Below are positions 51,204 to 62,400 of a stretch of DNA of 64,000 bases, piece after piece. Every line of letters starts with the position of its first letter. Within the stretch, counting starts at the first letter, position 1. Under the pieces are notes generated by a model that was given only the letters and a program-made list of their open reading frames with translations, made no database searches and was not told where the DNA came from. The position numbers and the translations under genes were made by a program. This stretch comes from a virus (lineage: Duplodnaviria; Caudoviricetes): the IMG/VR virus record IMGVR_UViG_2873737359_000001, positions 96,001-160,000 of that record; one strand, 5' to 3'.

Positions 51204-54200
51204 CGACATTGGTGCATAATTATGATATATATAATAGAACGGAACCTTCACTCATCTACCTAGCTAAACCTGGAAAACGATTATATACCGTACTCAATGG
51301 TGTGGATACATCTACCGCAAATATTAAATGGAGGACCAATGATACTGCAGAGCTTACTTTCACAATAAACAAATATGTTAACGGGGAGCTTCTTCCAGAA
51401 TTTGGTGAAGTAGATGAAATGATGGAACTCTACTGTTCTGGAATTTGGTTTAAAATTGTGGATCCTCCATCTATCGATAATGATAGTTATCAATGTACAA
51501 AAGAAGTAACTGCTGAATCTTATGAAATCGGTTTGTCACAATATACATTAAATGAGTTTAATATTAATAATGGTGAAGATAGTGCTTATAATCTTATATA
51601 TAAAAAGAAAATGGATAAGATTGAAGCTATTGAAAAGTATCCAGATCGTAAAGATGATCAGGAATTCATTGATAGTTATGATTCTGGAAAGTACTATAGC
51701 GTAAAGCTGTATGATCCTGATTATGAGGAACTAAGTTTTCTTGATCTAGTCTTAAAACATGCAGATGTTCCTGGATGGAAAGTCGGAACAGTTGATCATC
51801 TTGAAGAAGCGATAGCAGCTAATAAAAAGGCCGAAGCAGAAACAGATCCGGAGAAAAAGCAAGAACTTTTATCTGAGGCGGCAAAAATGCTTCCTAATAG
51901 AATTTGTAACTTTCAGGTTGATGATAAATCCGTATTTTCATTTTTGACACAGGAAGCAGCAACCGCTTATGATTGTGTATTTGAATTTGATACAGAAAAT
52001 ATGTTGATCAATGTTCATGATATTGCTGATTTTGGAAAAGATACAGATATCATTATTGGATTTCGTAATATTCAGAATAAAGTATCCATGTCACGTGATG
52101 ATAGTATGGTTACTCAATTCTATGTAGATGGGCTTGATGATTACGGAATAGATCAAGCAAACTACGGAAGCTCGATATTGACCGATCTCTCCTATTTTGC
52201 AAGGGAGCCATATATGGATGATAGCCTTGTAAAGAAATATAAAGAATGGGCAGATTACAGATATAATGAAGACAATATTAAATCTTATATGGAATTATCC
52301 AAATCATATAATAAACAAAATGAAATATTGGCAGAACTAAGAGATCGTGTACCGACTGATACAGTAGAAAATAATTGGTTTGAATCTAAAATTGATGATT
52401 TGATTACGGCATACAATGATAATGTTGCGATTATCAATGGGTTACAATCTCTATATGTAGATGAAGATGGAAACACAGATCTTCAGGCATTAAAAAATAG
52501 TAGCGATTGGTCTATGTATGAATCTATCATGAATTATACTCTTCCGGCCATTGTAGCTGCAATCCAAGCAAAGGACGAAGATGATAAAAAAGATATCAGC
52601 GATAAAATAACGGATAATAATGTCATTAAGTTTTCAGAGTATGGAAACGGTAATCTTCTATCTAATGTAAATCCTGTTGTTATTGATACATACTGGATTC
52701 CCAATGGAATCGATCTTGCAGATATTAATACTGTTCTATTAGAGTATGATCCTACAAATTCAACAACTGGTTCTCCGTCTTATGGTATTACAAGAGGAAT
52801 TCGTTTTAATAAGAAAAAAGATGGAGAATTTGGCGTAATTCAAAAGAAAATAAGCATCACCCCAGATAGTAAACATACTATTAGCTGTTTTGTTAAATCC
52901 GATGTTCCATGTACATTTCAACTTGGCTATAGAACAAATGGAGATAATTCTAGTTTTACCGTGCAAAAAATCAGCTTAAATGGACTGCAGACGGTTTGGC
53001 AAAAAATCTCTTATACATTTTCAACAAGCAGTCACTTAATTGATGTATGCTTTAAAAGTAATGGATCCTGCACGATTTGTGGGATGCAGCTTGAATTAGG
53101 TGAATCTGCCAAAAAGTTTGGATATTTTATTCAATCCGAAGATGCTATGAAATCTTATGAAACAGATTGGAAATTATATGGTATTGATGAGCTTGAAACG
53201 AAAATTTCTACATATAAAAAATGTATGGAGACTCTTGAAAAAGGAGGACTTAACAAACCATATCAAGAAGGTACAGATTATGAAGAAGACTATGCCAATC
53301 AGATGTACCAGACATATGATGATTATAAGAAATTAAAGGCCCAAGCAGAAGCAGCTCTTAAAGAAAGACAAGCTGAATATGATGCAGCCAGAAAACCACA
53401 GGATGAAGTTCAGTCAAAACGTATAAAATTCGCAGAGGCTGTTACCTGGGAAAAATATGGAAAAGAATATAATAATATCTATACAGATTGTAATCATGAA
53501 CATATTTATTCTAAGTTTACAGAAGAAGAATTATTAATTCTTAAAACATTGACACGTCAAGCAACTTATTCTAATGAGAATATCATCACTACTTCTCTTA
53601 CTACTACAGAATCTGCTGTAGATAAATGTAAAGAATTATATGACGATGCTGTAGATGAATTATATGCAGAATCACATCCTCAATATGAATACACAGATGA
53701 AGTCGAAAATATTTATGCTCTTCCGGAATTTAAAGAGTATCATGATCAGCTGAATATCAATGATTTTATCTACTTAGAGACAGATGATAATGAATATGTA
53801 AAACTCCGTGTAACAGAAATATCCTATAATCCTTGTGATATGGATGAATCTATGGATATTACATTCACAAGTCCTACTATATATAAGACAAAACGAAATG
53901 ATTTTAATAAAATTCTTGACGCAGCAATAAATAGATCTTCTCACGATGGTGGAACTGTACAGGGAGTGAACAAAATTTCTGATACGTCTAGTTATGTGAT
54001 CAATTCTGATGTAATTCAAAGATTATTTGCGAACCCGGTATTTTCTACTAAAACAACCGGAATGACAACTGGTAATTCGGGAGATATCACTGCGAATAAA
54101 ATTGTGACACAGTTATTGAATGCAGATGAAGGTATTATCAAGAAATTAACTTCCGAATTAGTCTATTCCGATTATATCAAAGCAAAAGAACGATATTCTA

Positions 54201-55159
54201 TATATAATAAAAATTCTGAAGAATATCAAGATATTATTTGGTATGATGAATCAGATTATGCCAATAGTCTAAAACTTGGTTTAATGGGAAAGGTTATTGG
54301 AACCATAAATCCATTGAACGCTTATTTAGAATTTAAAGATCAGGACGATACTATTTATATACATGGAAATTTAGATACTTCATCAAACAGAATTTTATGT
54401 TCCGAATTACAAGTGCCAAATAATACTAATTTAACTGGAACTATATCTTTAGAACCGTCTCAAGGAAAAATAATAATGAATAATGTTATGGTGGACGCTA
54501 TAAAGAATTGTCATTCTCATAATCAAATTCAGACTAATACTCTTGCATTACGCATAAATAGTACAAATATTTCTATGTATCAAGATCCTGATGCAGGATG
54601 GCAGCCATTAGGAACAAATACTTATACAGATAGAACCCAGGCTCCTTCTTTAGGTACAAATTCTAATATGTATAACAGTTTGTATCTTGCAGGAGGGATT
54701 CAGTCTTTGGGTACATATAATGTAACGACTAGCAGCGGAAATTCTATTTATGTTACAAAAGAAGGATATATCCGAAAGTATGTTGCGTCCTCTTCTTCTA
54801 TGAGCTTAAAAAATCATATCAAAGAAATATCTTATGACGATGCAAAACCTTTATTAGATTCTCGTATATTTTCATTTAGATATAATTCGGAACTATATTC
54901 TTTAGAAAATCAGGAAGAATCAAAAAAAGATCGATATGGGTTTATTCTCGAAGATCTTGAAAAAACATTCCCAATGGCAGTCGAACATGATGAAGATGGA
55001 TTACCCTCTTCTTGGTGTTTGCAAGTTGTGGTTCCAACGCATTTAGCAATTACAAAAGAACATGAGCATGAAATTAAGCAGCTAAAAATAGAAAATGAAC
55101 AGCTTCGAAAGGAGCTTGACTTATTAAAGGAGGAAATTCATGAAATTTCAAAAAATTAA
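51200..55159 (+). CDS. Tal / tail spike with internal carbohydrate-binding-like module and C-terminal S74 intramolecular chaperone
   Basis: Follows Dit; GNLL...HTISCFVKS...WQKISYTF...MQLELG; SSMSLKNHI...YGFILEDL plus coiled coil. Confidence 0.75.
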   Translation: MTTLVHNYDIYNRTEPSLIYLAKPGKRLYTVLNGVDTSTANIKWRTNDTAELTFTINKYVNGELLPEFGEVDEMMELYCSGIWFKIVDPPSIDNDSYQCTKEVTAESYEIGLSQYTLNEFNINNGEDSAYNLIYKKKMDKIEAIEKYPDRKDDQEFIDSYDSGKYYSVKLYDPDYEELSFLDLVLKHADVPGWKVGTVDHLEEAIAANKKAEAETDPEKKQELLSEAAKMLPNRICNFQVDDKSVFSFLTQEAATAYDCVFEFDTENMLINVHDIADFGKDTDIIIGFRNIQNKVSMSRDDSMVTQFYVDGLDDYGIDQANYGSSILTDLSYFAREPYMDDSLVKKYKEWADYRYNEDNIKSYMELSKSYNKQNEILAELRDRVPTDTVENNWFESKIDDLITAYNDNVAIINGLQSLYVDEDGNTDLQALKNSSDWSMYESIMNYTLPAIVAAIQAKDEDDKKDISDKITDNNVIKFSEYGNGNLLSNVNPVVIDTYWIPNGIDLADINTVLLEYDPTNSTTGSPSYGITRGIRFNKKKDGEFGVIQKKISITPDSKHTISCFVKSDVPCTFQLGYRTNGDNSSFTVQKISLNGLQTVWQKISYTFSTSSHLIDVCFKSNGSCTICGMQLELGESAKKFGYFIQSEDAMKSYETDWKLYGIDELETKISTYKKCMETLEKGGLNKPYQEGTDYEEDYANQMYQTYDDYKKLKAQAEAALKERQAEYDAARKPQDEVQSKRIKFAEAVTWEKYGKEYNNIYTDCNHEHIYSKFTEEELLILKTLTRQATYSNENIITTSLTTTESAVDKCKELYDDAVDELYAESHPQYEYTDEVENIYALPEFKEYHDQLNINDFIYLETDDNEYVKLRVTEISYNPCDMDESMDITFTSPTIYKTKRNDFNKILDAAINRSSHDGGTVQGVNKISDTSSYVINSDVIQRLFANPVFSTKTTGMTTGNSGDITANKIVTQLLNADEGIIKKLTSELVYSDYIKAKERYSIYNKNSEEYQDIIWYDESDYANSLKLGLMGKVIGTINPLNAYLEFKDQDDTIYIHGNLDTSSNRILCSELQVPNNTNLTGTISLEPSQGKIIMNNVMVDAIKNCHSHNQIQTNTLALRINSTNISMYQDPDAGWQPLGTNTYTDRTQAPSLGTNSNMYNSLYLAGGIQSLGTYNVTTSSGNSIYVTKEGYIRKYVASSSSMSLKNHIKEISYDDAKPLLDSRIFSFRYNSELYSLENQEESKKDRYGFILEDLEKTFPMAVEHDEDGLPSSWCLQVVVPTHLAITKEHEHEIKQLKIENEQLRKELDLLKEEIHEISKN

Positions 55160-56042
55160 AGTAAATGATGATAAAACATATTCCTGTTTTTATATCCATA
55201 AAGTCGATAGTAGTTATATAGAATTTTGTATTGTCGGAGATGATATTGCGGCAGTCAAAGATAGTTTTTCAAAAATTCATGAACTTACAACATACAATGA
55301 AGACGGAACTGTTAATTACATCTCAAATCAGTATAACAAAATGACAGATGTTCGTATTTTTTTTGAATATATGGAATTGAAACTTGAAGAGATTGAAGAC
55401 GAATCAGTCCTTACAGAAGTTGACAAAACTACATTAAAAGAAAATCCAAACGCAGAGAGATGGTTTGGTGGTATTCAGGTAAAAATTATTGCGTATGATG
55501 ATATCAAGGATCAGGTAAAAGAAATTAGAGAAACATTAAAAATTGATGTGGATACATCAGCTATGAATCTTGATGATTATAGAAATTATATAATTGCTCA
55601 GATGTCAGATGCATGTTCTGCTGCTATTGAAAAAGGCGCAGAGGTTAAAACATCAAAAGGTGAAATTCAATTCTCATACTCTCTTACTGATCAATCAAAT
55701 CTTAAAACTCTTGTTATGTCCGCAGCGGGTAGCGATCTTGATTGCCCGTATTACTCTTCTGATTCTCATTGTTATATCCTGACAAGTGAAGATATTATTG
55801 CGATTTGGATTGCATGTGAATCTAATATCCTTGCACAGAGAGCTTATTATAATGCTCTTCTTGAGTATGTAAAAACGCTTTCAACTAAAGATGAAATTGC
55901 AAAAGTGACATATGGTATGGAACTTCCAGAAGAATATAAAAATAAAATGGAAGAATCTGCTGCTTGTGGACAGGCTATTATTCAAGCTACATTAGCAAAA
56001 TATAAAGGAAATAATTCAGAAACTACAACAGACAATAAATAA
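55140..56042 (+). CDS. Tail-fibre-associated protein (DUF4376-like C-terminus)
   Basis: CSAAIEKG...FSYSLTDQSNL...YYNALLEYV. Confidence 0.6.
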   Translation: MKFQKIKVNDDKTYSCFYIHKVDSSYIEFCIVGDDIAAVKDSFSKIHELTTYNEDGTVNYISNQYNKMTDVRIFFEYMELKLEEIEDESVLTEVDKTTLKENPNAERWFGGIQVKIIAYDDIKDQVKEIRETLKIDVDTSAMNLDDYRNYIIAQMSDACSAAIEKGAEVKTSKGEIQFSYSLTDQSNLKTLVMSAAGSDLDCPYYSSDSHCYILTSEDIIAIWIACESNILAQRAYYNALLEYVKTLSTKDEIAKVTYGMELPEEYKNKMEESAACGQAIIQATLAKYKGNNSETTTDNK

Positions 56043-56072
56043 GTGAAAAAATGAATAAAAGGAGAAATTTAT

Positions 56073-56474
56073 ATGAAAATGACAAACGGATTAATTGATG
56101 CACTTTTAACAGCACTCAGCCAGAAAGAATTTATTAGTGGAGCTACTAAACAGACTGGTTATGCAATCTATAGAAATTTACGGATTCTTACTGAAGAAAA
56201 CAAAGATTATACAAAAATGATTGGCGAACTCTTGAAAAAATACGGAAAAGAAAATGAAAATGGCGGATATTACATTGATCAGGATGATAAAGACGCTATG
56301 GATGCATTTTACAAAGAGCTTGTCCCTATCTCAAATATGATCGTAGACGTAAATTTATATCAGATTGACAAAAAAGACTTTGATCTTCCTTATTGCGAAA
56401 CTGCTACCCCTCAGCAGTATGCTCTAATCGAGGAGTGTCTTGTAAAAAATGAACCTGAATCAGATGAAAAGTGA
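56073..56474 (+). CDS. Hypothetical protein
   Basis: 133 aa with SD; LLKKYG motif. Confidence 0.65.
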   Translation: MKMTNGLIDALLTALSQKEFISGATKQTGYAIYRNLRILTEENKDYTKMIGELLKKYGKENENGGYYIDQDDKDAMDAFYKELVPISNMIVDVNLYQIDKKDFDLPYCETATPQQYALIEECLVKNEPESDEK

Positions 56475-56491
56475 TTGGTGTGATATGAAAA

Positions 56492-56941
56492 ATGGATATT
56501 AAAAATTTCATAAAATATTTATTGCTATTTACATTCTCCGGATATATATATGTATGTCTTGAAATATTATTTCGTGGTCGAAGCGATATCACTATGATGT
56601 TCTGTGCATCTATCTGTGTTATTCCAATGGTTATATTAAACAACAAATTCACATATGAAATGGATTTTTTATTACAAATTATCCTATGTACTATATTTGC
56701 CACGATTATTGAATTTATATTTGGAATTATTTTTAATACAGATTATCACATTTGGGATTACAGGAATATGCCTTTAAATTTATATGGAATGGTATGTTTG
56801 CCATTTTCATTTTTATGGATGTTTATAGCATCTTTAGTAATTCCTCTTATGGATTGGATAGATTATTATATTTTTAATTATCGTCCGGATACAAAACCAT
56901 ATTATAAAATATTTGGTAAGAAAATATGGCAAATGAAATAA
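56492..56941 (+). CDS. 4-TM membrane protein (putative ABC-permease / CmpB-TmcB-like family)
   Basis: YVCLEILFRG, IEFIFG, IWDYRNMPLNLYGMVCLPFSFLW. Confidence 0.8.
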   Translation: MDIKNFIKYLLLFTFSGYIYVCLEILFRGRSDITMMFCASICVIPMVILNNKFTYEMDFLLQIILCTIFATIIEFIFGIIFNTDYHIWDYRNMPLNLYGMVCLPFSFLWMFIASLVIPLMDWIDYYIFNYRPDTKPYYKIFGKKIWQMK

Positions 56942-57008
56942 AGTAATTATGGAAGAGGCTGGCTCGTGCGGTCTCTTCTGTTTTATATAGAAAAGGAGGT
57001 CAAAATTA

Positions 57009-58661
57009 ATGGCTGACTTAATTGTAAAATCAGAAGAAATAATCGATGGTGTTAAACTTGATGATAATTCTATTGGTTATTTTAATTATAAAACATTAGC
57101 AAATAAGCCTAAATCAGATGTTACTTTAGCTAAAGCTGGATGGTTTGCTGACTCAGAAATTGTTGGAGAAAAATTCGATCTAATTTTTGATGATAATGAC
57201 ACTCATTCAAAAGAAAATCCCGATGTTAAGGATGAATTTATAAGTAAAATCATAAATAAAAATCCTATTAGATCTGTAAATTATGATGGACCACTTTCTG
57301 GTAATGGTTATAGTACAAAAGGAGTTTTTGTCGATTTAAAAGAAGGCTTTATACATACGCCAGGATTATATACTACAAATTCAAAAGCTTATATACGTGG
57401 CGATATAACAGCTACAAATCTAACATTAAATGATGGAGTAACAATTCCGGCAAGTAAAATAGATACATTACATAAGGTTGCTACATCTGGAAATTATGAA
57501 GATTTAAATAGCAGACCTGTGGTATTAGAGTTAGATCATGCTTATGGCAATTTAACAGATAAAGAATTACCTGGAATATCAGTCACATCTGATGGTAAAT
57601 TAACTGCAAATAATGCTGATCTTAGCGGAATATTTGCCGGGACATTTAATGGCAAAGCAAATATTTCTAGTGGGAATATTGGCGGAGTAACTATTAATGA
57701 AGATGGGAAGTTAATTATTCCAGCAGATCAAATTACAGGATTAACAAAATTAACTGGTGAAAAAGGTGAAATTGATTTAAACGCTGGAACATTTAATTTC
57801 GGATTAAATAATTTTGTTTTTAATAATGATCCCATAAATAGTGATGGTGGTGCATTCTTTATTATTCGTCCAACTGGGGAAGAAGCGGTTTCTGCATGGA
57901 TGGACAATACAAATACATTATATTTTAAAAAAGAAGTAGATAACGATTATTATCAATCTTCTATATCAACAACAACATTAGGATTCTTAACAGACACGGA
58001 TTCATCTAGTTACTCAATAAATAAAATATCATTTACAAATAATAATACTACTTGTTCAATTGTATTTGATGGAAAAAATATTAAACTAGATAGCCCTCTT
58101 TTCTTAGATCATTATGAAAGAGCGCAATCTGAAACTAATAGAATTTGGCGTAGGCCAATAGCCTCTGTAGGGTCTGATGGATTAAATATTGGTTATATGA
58201 AAGCTAAAACAAGTTCTGGGGGAACAAAACAGGTTGCCATCAAAGGTCAATGGGGAAAAGAGGACGTAAACGGAACCCCGATAAGTAATCAAGGCGTATG
58301 GGATAGTGGATTACAATATATCAATATTGACTCCACCTCTGATATACGTCTTAAGGAAAATATTAAAGATTCTACTATTTCTGCATTACCGGTAATTATG
58401 GATATGAAAGTTCGTGAATTTGATTGGAAAGAAACGAAAGTTCATCAGTCGCTTGGTTTAGTCGCTGATGAAATCGAGGAGCTTGATCCTCTCCTAACTA
58501 TTGGAGGAGGTTATGAAAGCGATGGATCTATAAATATTAAAAGTATCGACCGTCTTTTATTAACAGAATATGCGATTAAAGCGATCCAAGAGCAGCAAAA
58601 TATTATTAACAAACAACAGAAAGAAATCAATACTTTAAAACAAGTTTTAAATATAAAATAA
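57009..58661 (+). CDS. Tail fibre / receptor-binding protein with S74 chaperone domain
   Basis: LHKVATSGNYEDL; TSDIRLKENI...GLVADEI...IKAIQEQ. Confidence 0.8.
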   Translation: MADLIVKSEEIIDGVKLDDNSIGYFNYKTLANKPKSDVTLAKAGWFADSEIVGEKFDLIFDDNDTHSKENPDVKDEFISKIINKNPIRSVNYDGPLSGNGYSTKGVFVDLKEGFIHTPGLYTTNSKAYIRGDITATNLTLNDGVTIPASKIDTLHKVATSGNYEDLNSRPVVLELDHAYGNLTDKELPGISVTSDGKLTANNADLSGIFAGTFNGKANISSGNIGGVTINEDGKLIIPADQITGLTKLTGEKGEIDLNAGTFNFGLNNFVFNNDPINSDGGAFFIIRPTGEEAVSAWMDNTNTLYFKKEVDNDYYQSSISTTTLGFLTDTDSSSYSINKISFTNNNTTCSIVFDGKNIKLDSPLFLDHYERAQSETNRIWRRPIASVGSDGLNIGYMKAKTSSGGTKQVAIKGQWGKEDVNGTPISNQGVWDSGLQYINIDSTSDIRLKENIKDSTISALPVIMDMKVREFDWKETKVHQSLGLVADEIEELDPLLTIGGGYESDGSINIKSIDRLLLTEYAIKAIQEQQNIINKQQKEINTLKQVLNIK

Positions 58662-58665
58662 GGAG

Positions 58666-59394
58666 GTGCGATTATTGTACACTCTAAAAATTTCAGACGA
58701 AAATACAGTGACTACAACTGTAAAAGAAAAAATTGTAGAACGCAGTAATTATGTTGACAAAATTCAAATAATTGTAGATCGTTTGTATCGAGAGCAAATT
58801 GATATGAGCAATGATACTACTGTATGGATGAAATACAAATTACCTATTACAAATAAGATTAAAATGACACAATTAGTAATTAATAATTCAGCTTACGAAA
58901 ATGATTATATTCAGTATCTTATTCCTGCGGACGCCTATCTTACAGCTGAGGCTGGAGATATCGAAGTATCATTCACATTTCTTAAATTAATTCAAAATGA
59001 AGATGAATCTACTACTTCTTATATTCGTAAAACCACATCTGGTGTTATTCATATTTCTCCTCTTGCAGAATTTGACAAATATGAACCTTCCGAAATGTTT
59101 GATGAAATCGATCAAAGACTTCTTATGCTAATTGCGAAACAGAAGGATCTTGAATCATTAAATAAATCTATTTATAACAATATGATTAAGGATGTTCGAT
59201 TAGATACAGAAAAAGAAAAGATTACACTTGTCAATAAAGAAGGCGAAGATACTGGAGACGGAATTCAAGTATCAGACCTATCTACAATTGTATCCAAAGA
59301 CCTTATTGGAAAAGATCCGGACGGAAATCAAGATGGCGTTATTGATTTGGATAAAGTTCCAGATCTTCAAAGCCTAGATTTATTATTAAAATAA
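58666..59394 (+). CDS. Baseplate upper protein (BppU-N-like)
   Basis: LTAEAGDIEVSFTF...RKTTSGVIHI. Confidence 0.55.
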   Translation: MRLLYTLKISDENTVTTTVKEKIVERSNYVDKIQIIVDRLYREQIDMSNDTTVWMKYKLPITNKIKMTQLVINNSAYENDYIQYLIPADAYLTAEAGDIEVSFTFLKLIQNEDESTTSYIRKTTSGVIHISPLAEFDKYEPSEMFDEIDQRLLMLIAKQKDLESLNKSIYNNMIKDVRLDTEKEKITLVNKEGEDTGDGIQVSDLSTIVSKDLIGKDPDGNQDGVIDLDKVPDLQSLDLLLK

Positions 59395-59406
59395 AAGGAG
59401 TATGCT

Positions 59407-62400
59407 ATGTCATTTAAAGATTCAAAGGAAAAAATAATTACGGCTAACTCAGCACAAATAGCATCTTTGACTGCTGACTTAGCCGAATCCGTAGAAACAA
59501 ATGATAATTATGAGACAGTTGATGGATACGACTATTATCCACAATATTCTGATAATAAATATTCTACGGTTGATAATAATAAAAATATAACTATGGACGC
59601 CACTCAAATTAATATCACACAAGAATCTAATAGTCAATTCATTCCATTTCAGATTCCAAGATATTATGATGGTATTGACCTTTCCAATATGACTATTTGT
59701 ATTCGATATGCAGATAGATTGAATGGTGATATTGTTGGAGAGTATCCAGTAATTAATGTAATTCGAAATGATACATATATTCGATTTGGATGGTTGATTG
59801 ATGACAAATTGACACAAAATGCTGGTGATTATATTTTTGAAATACGTGCCACAGGACAAGTACCTGTATCTGATAATAAACTTGTTAATTATGCATGGAG
59901 TACAAGACCAAACGGTAAAATCAATGTATTACAAGGTATTAATATTAACGGGGCAATTGAACCATCTGATTCTGGATGGATGACGGCATTTGAAAAAAGA
60001 ATTATTAACTATACAGAAGATGCTAAAAACGCAGCAAAACAGGCCGCTGCTTCTGCTTCAAGTGTGGATGTCGACAATATTGCAAATTCGGTTATTAATA
60101 AAGTAACCGATAATTTTAATAAAACGTCTTCTTTAGAAAACTATTATACAAAAAGCGAAATCAATGATCAAAAATCCGGAATAGATAATAGTCTTTCAAA
60201 TATTAATTCGGAGATTAATAATGTAAAAGAATCTATACAAAATATTGATGGATTAGCCAACCTTGATGTCTCATATAACAAAGAAAATCAGAAGCTTTCT
60301 TTATTATATAAAGATTCAAAGAAAGAAGTCGCCAATGCTATAATTGATATTGACAGTCTTTCAAAACTACAAGTAAGATATACAACTTCTGATGGAAAAG
60401 GCGTATTAAGTTTTTATCAAGAAAATATTGAAGATCCAATTACATCTGTAGAATTAGGATCTATTGATCCATCTGCTGAATGGATATCTTCACATATTAC
60501 TCCGATTAGTAATAGTATTAATTCTATTCAAAAACAGCAGACAGAGGATGAAAAGAAAATCACAACACTGACATCTTCTGTAAAGGAAATAAAACGTGCC
60601 AATACAAATCGCGACAATAAGATTAAGACCAATGAAGATGCTATTTTGGAGATAAGAACATCTGTAAGCGAAATTCCACAACTCAAAGAAAGCGTATCTC
60701 AAGCAACAAATACGGTTGCAAATATGAAACAGACTGTTGACGGAAATAAAGAAGCCGTAGATACTTTAGGAACAAATTTTGATGACTTAAAAAAAGAAGT
60801 CGATAAACTAAAAGAAAATCCGGCAGCTTCAGAATATGATGTAAATTATGAAGGAAGCACATTTTCATGGATTAAGGATGGAGAAGTGTTAAAAACATTT
60901 AAGATAGAAGGTGGCGGTGGACAGACTACTACTTCTACTTTAACCATAGAACGTATTACTCAGGCAGATGCTATTTTCTTATTGGGGAATAAAGCTATTA
61001 TCGAATATACTTGGTCATCTGTGGATAATGTTGGTGATTCTACTGGAATAGGCACAGCGGTATGGAAAGTAGATAATACTACCGTATCTACTTCAACCGT
61101 TGGACAAGGTAAAAATAGCATTGATCTTACTAATTATCTTAAAACAGGAACAAATTCTATCAGACTGTCTATTACCGATAGCGTTGGTACCTTATCAACA
61201 AAAACTTGGACAATCACTATTGTTGATTTCAAACTTGAAAGTTCTTTTGATGATACACTCTTCTATTCTGATGAAGTATCATTTAGGTATATTCCATATG
61301 GAAATATTAATAAAACAGTACATTTCATTCTTGATGGAAATGAATTAAGTTCTGTAAATACTTCTGCTTCCGGAAGACAGTTGTCTTATGTACTCACTAA
61401 GCAATCTCATGGTGCACATTCACTTAAAGTTTATATGACAGCTACTGTAAATAATCAAGATATCAAATCAGATACGATTATTAAAGATGTTATTTGGGTA
61501 GACCCAGATGATAGAACTCCTATTATTGGATGTTCTATGCAGGAATTTACTGCAAAACAATATCATGCTACAAGTATTAATTATGTTGTATATGATCCGG
61601 ACCACAACCCGGCAACCGTAAAATTATCAGTTGACGGAAATACAGTATCTACTCTTTCTGTAAATCGTACACAGCAGATCTGGAGTTATAAAGCAAGCAC
61701 TGTTGGAAAACATGATTTAACAATTTCTTGTCGAAAAGTAACAAAGATACTTAAGGCTACTATTAAAAAACTGGATATTGATGTCGAGCCTATCACAGCA
61801 AACCTTGAGTTTGACTTTAATCCAGTAGGATTATCAAATAATGATGTGAATAGATTATGGAAAGATAGCAAACATCCAGAAGTCACACTTACTGTATCCG
61901 ATAATTTTGACTGGACAAATGGTGGATATCAGATTGATGACAAGGGAGATCAGTATTTTTGTGTAAAAGCAGGAACAAAAGCCACCATAAACTATAATTT
62001 GTTTGGGAAGGATCCTAAACAAACTGGTTCCGAATTTAAGATAATCTTTAAAACTAAAAATGTAAGAGACGCATCCGCAACATTTTTATCATGTATTTCT
62101 GCATCAGATGATAAGCCAGTTGGATTGGAAATGAATGTACATGAAGCGTATATCAAATCTTCTGTGGACAATCTATACTTCCCGTACAGCGAAGAGGATG
62201 TCATCGAATATGAGTTTGATATTAATGCTCTTGATACTAAAAAAGCCACCACTTCTATAATAATGACATATGAAGATGGCTGTGGCGGAAGACCAATGAT
62301 TTACGATAATACACATAGATTACATCAGTATACTCCAGTCCCTATCACCATTGGATCCGATGATTGCGATGTGTGTATCTATAGAATAAAGGCATATTCT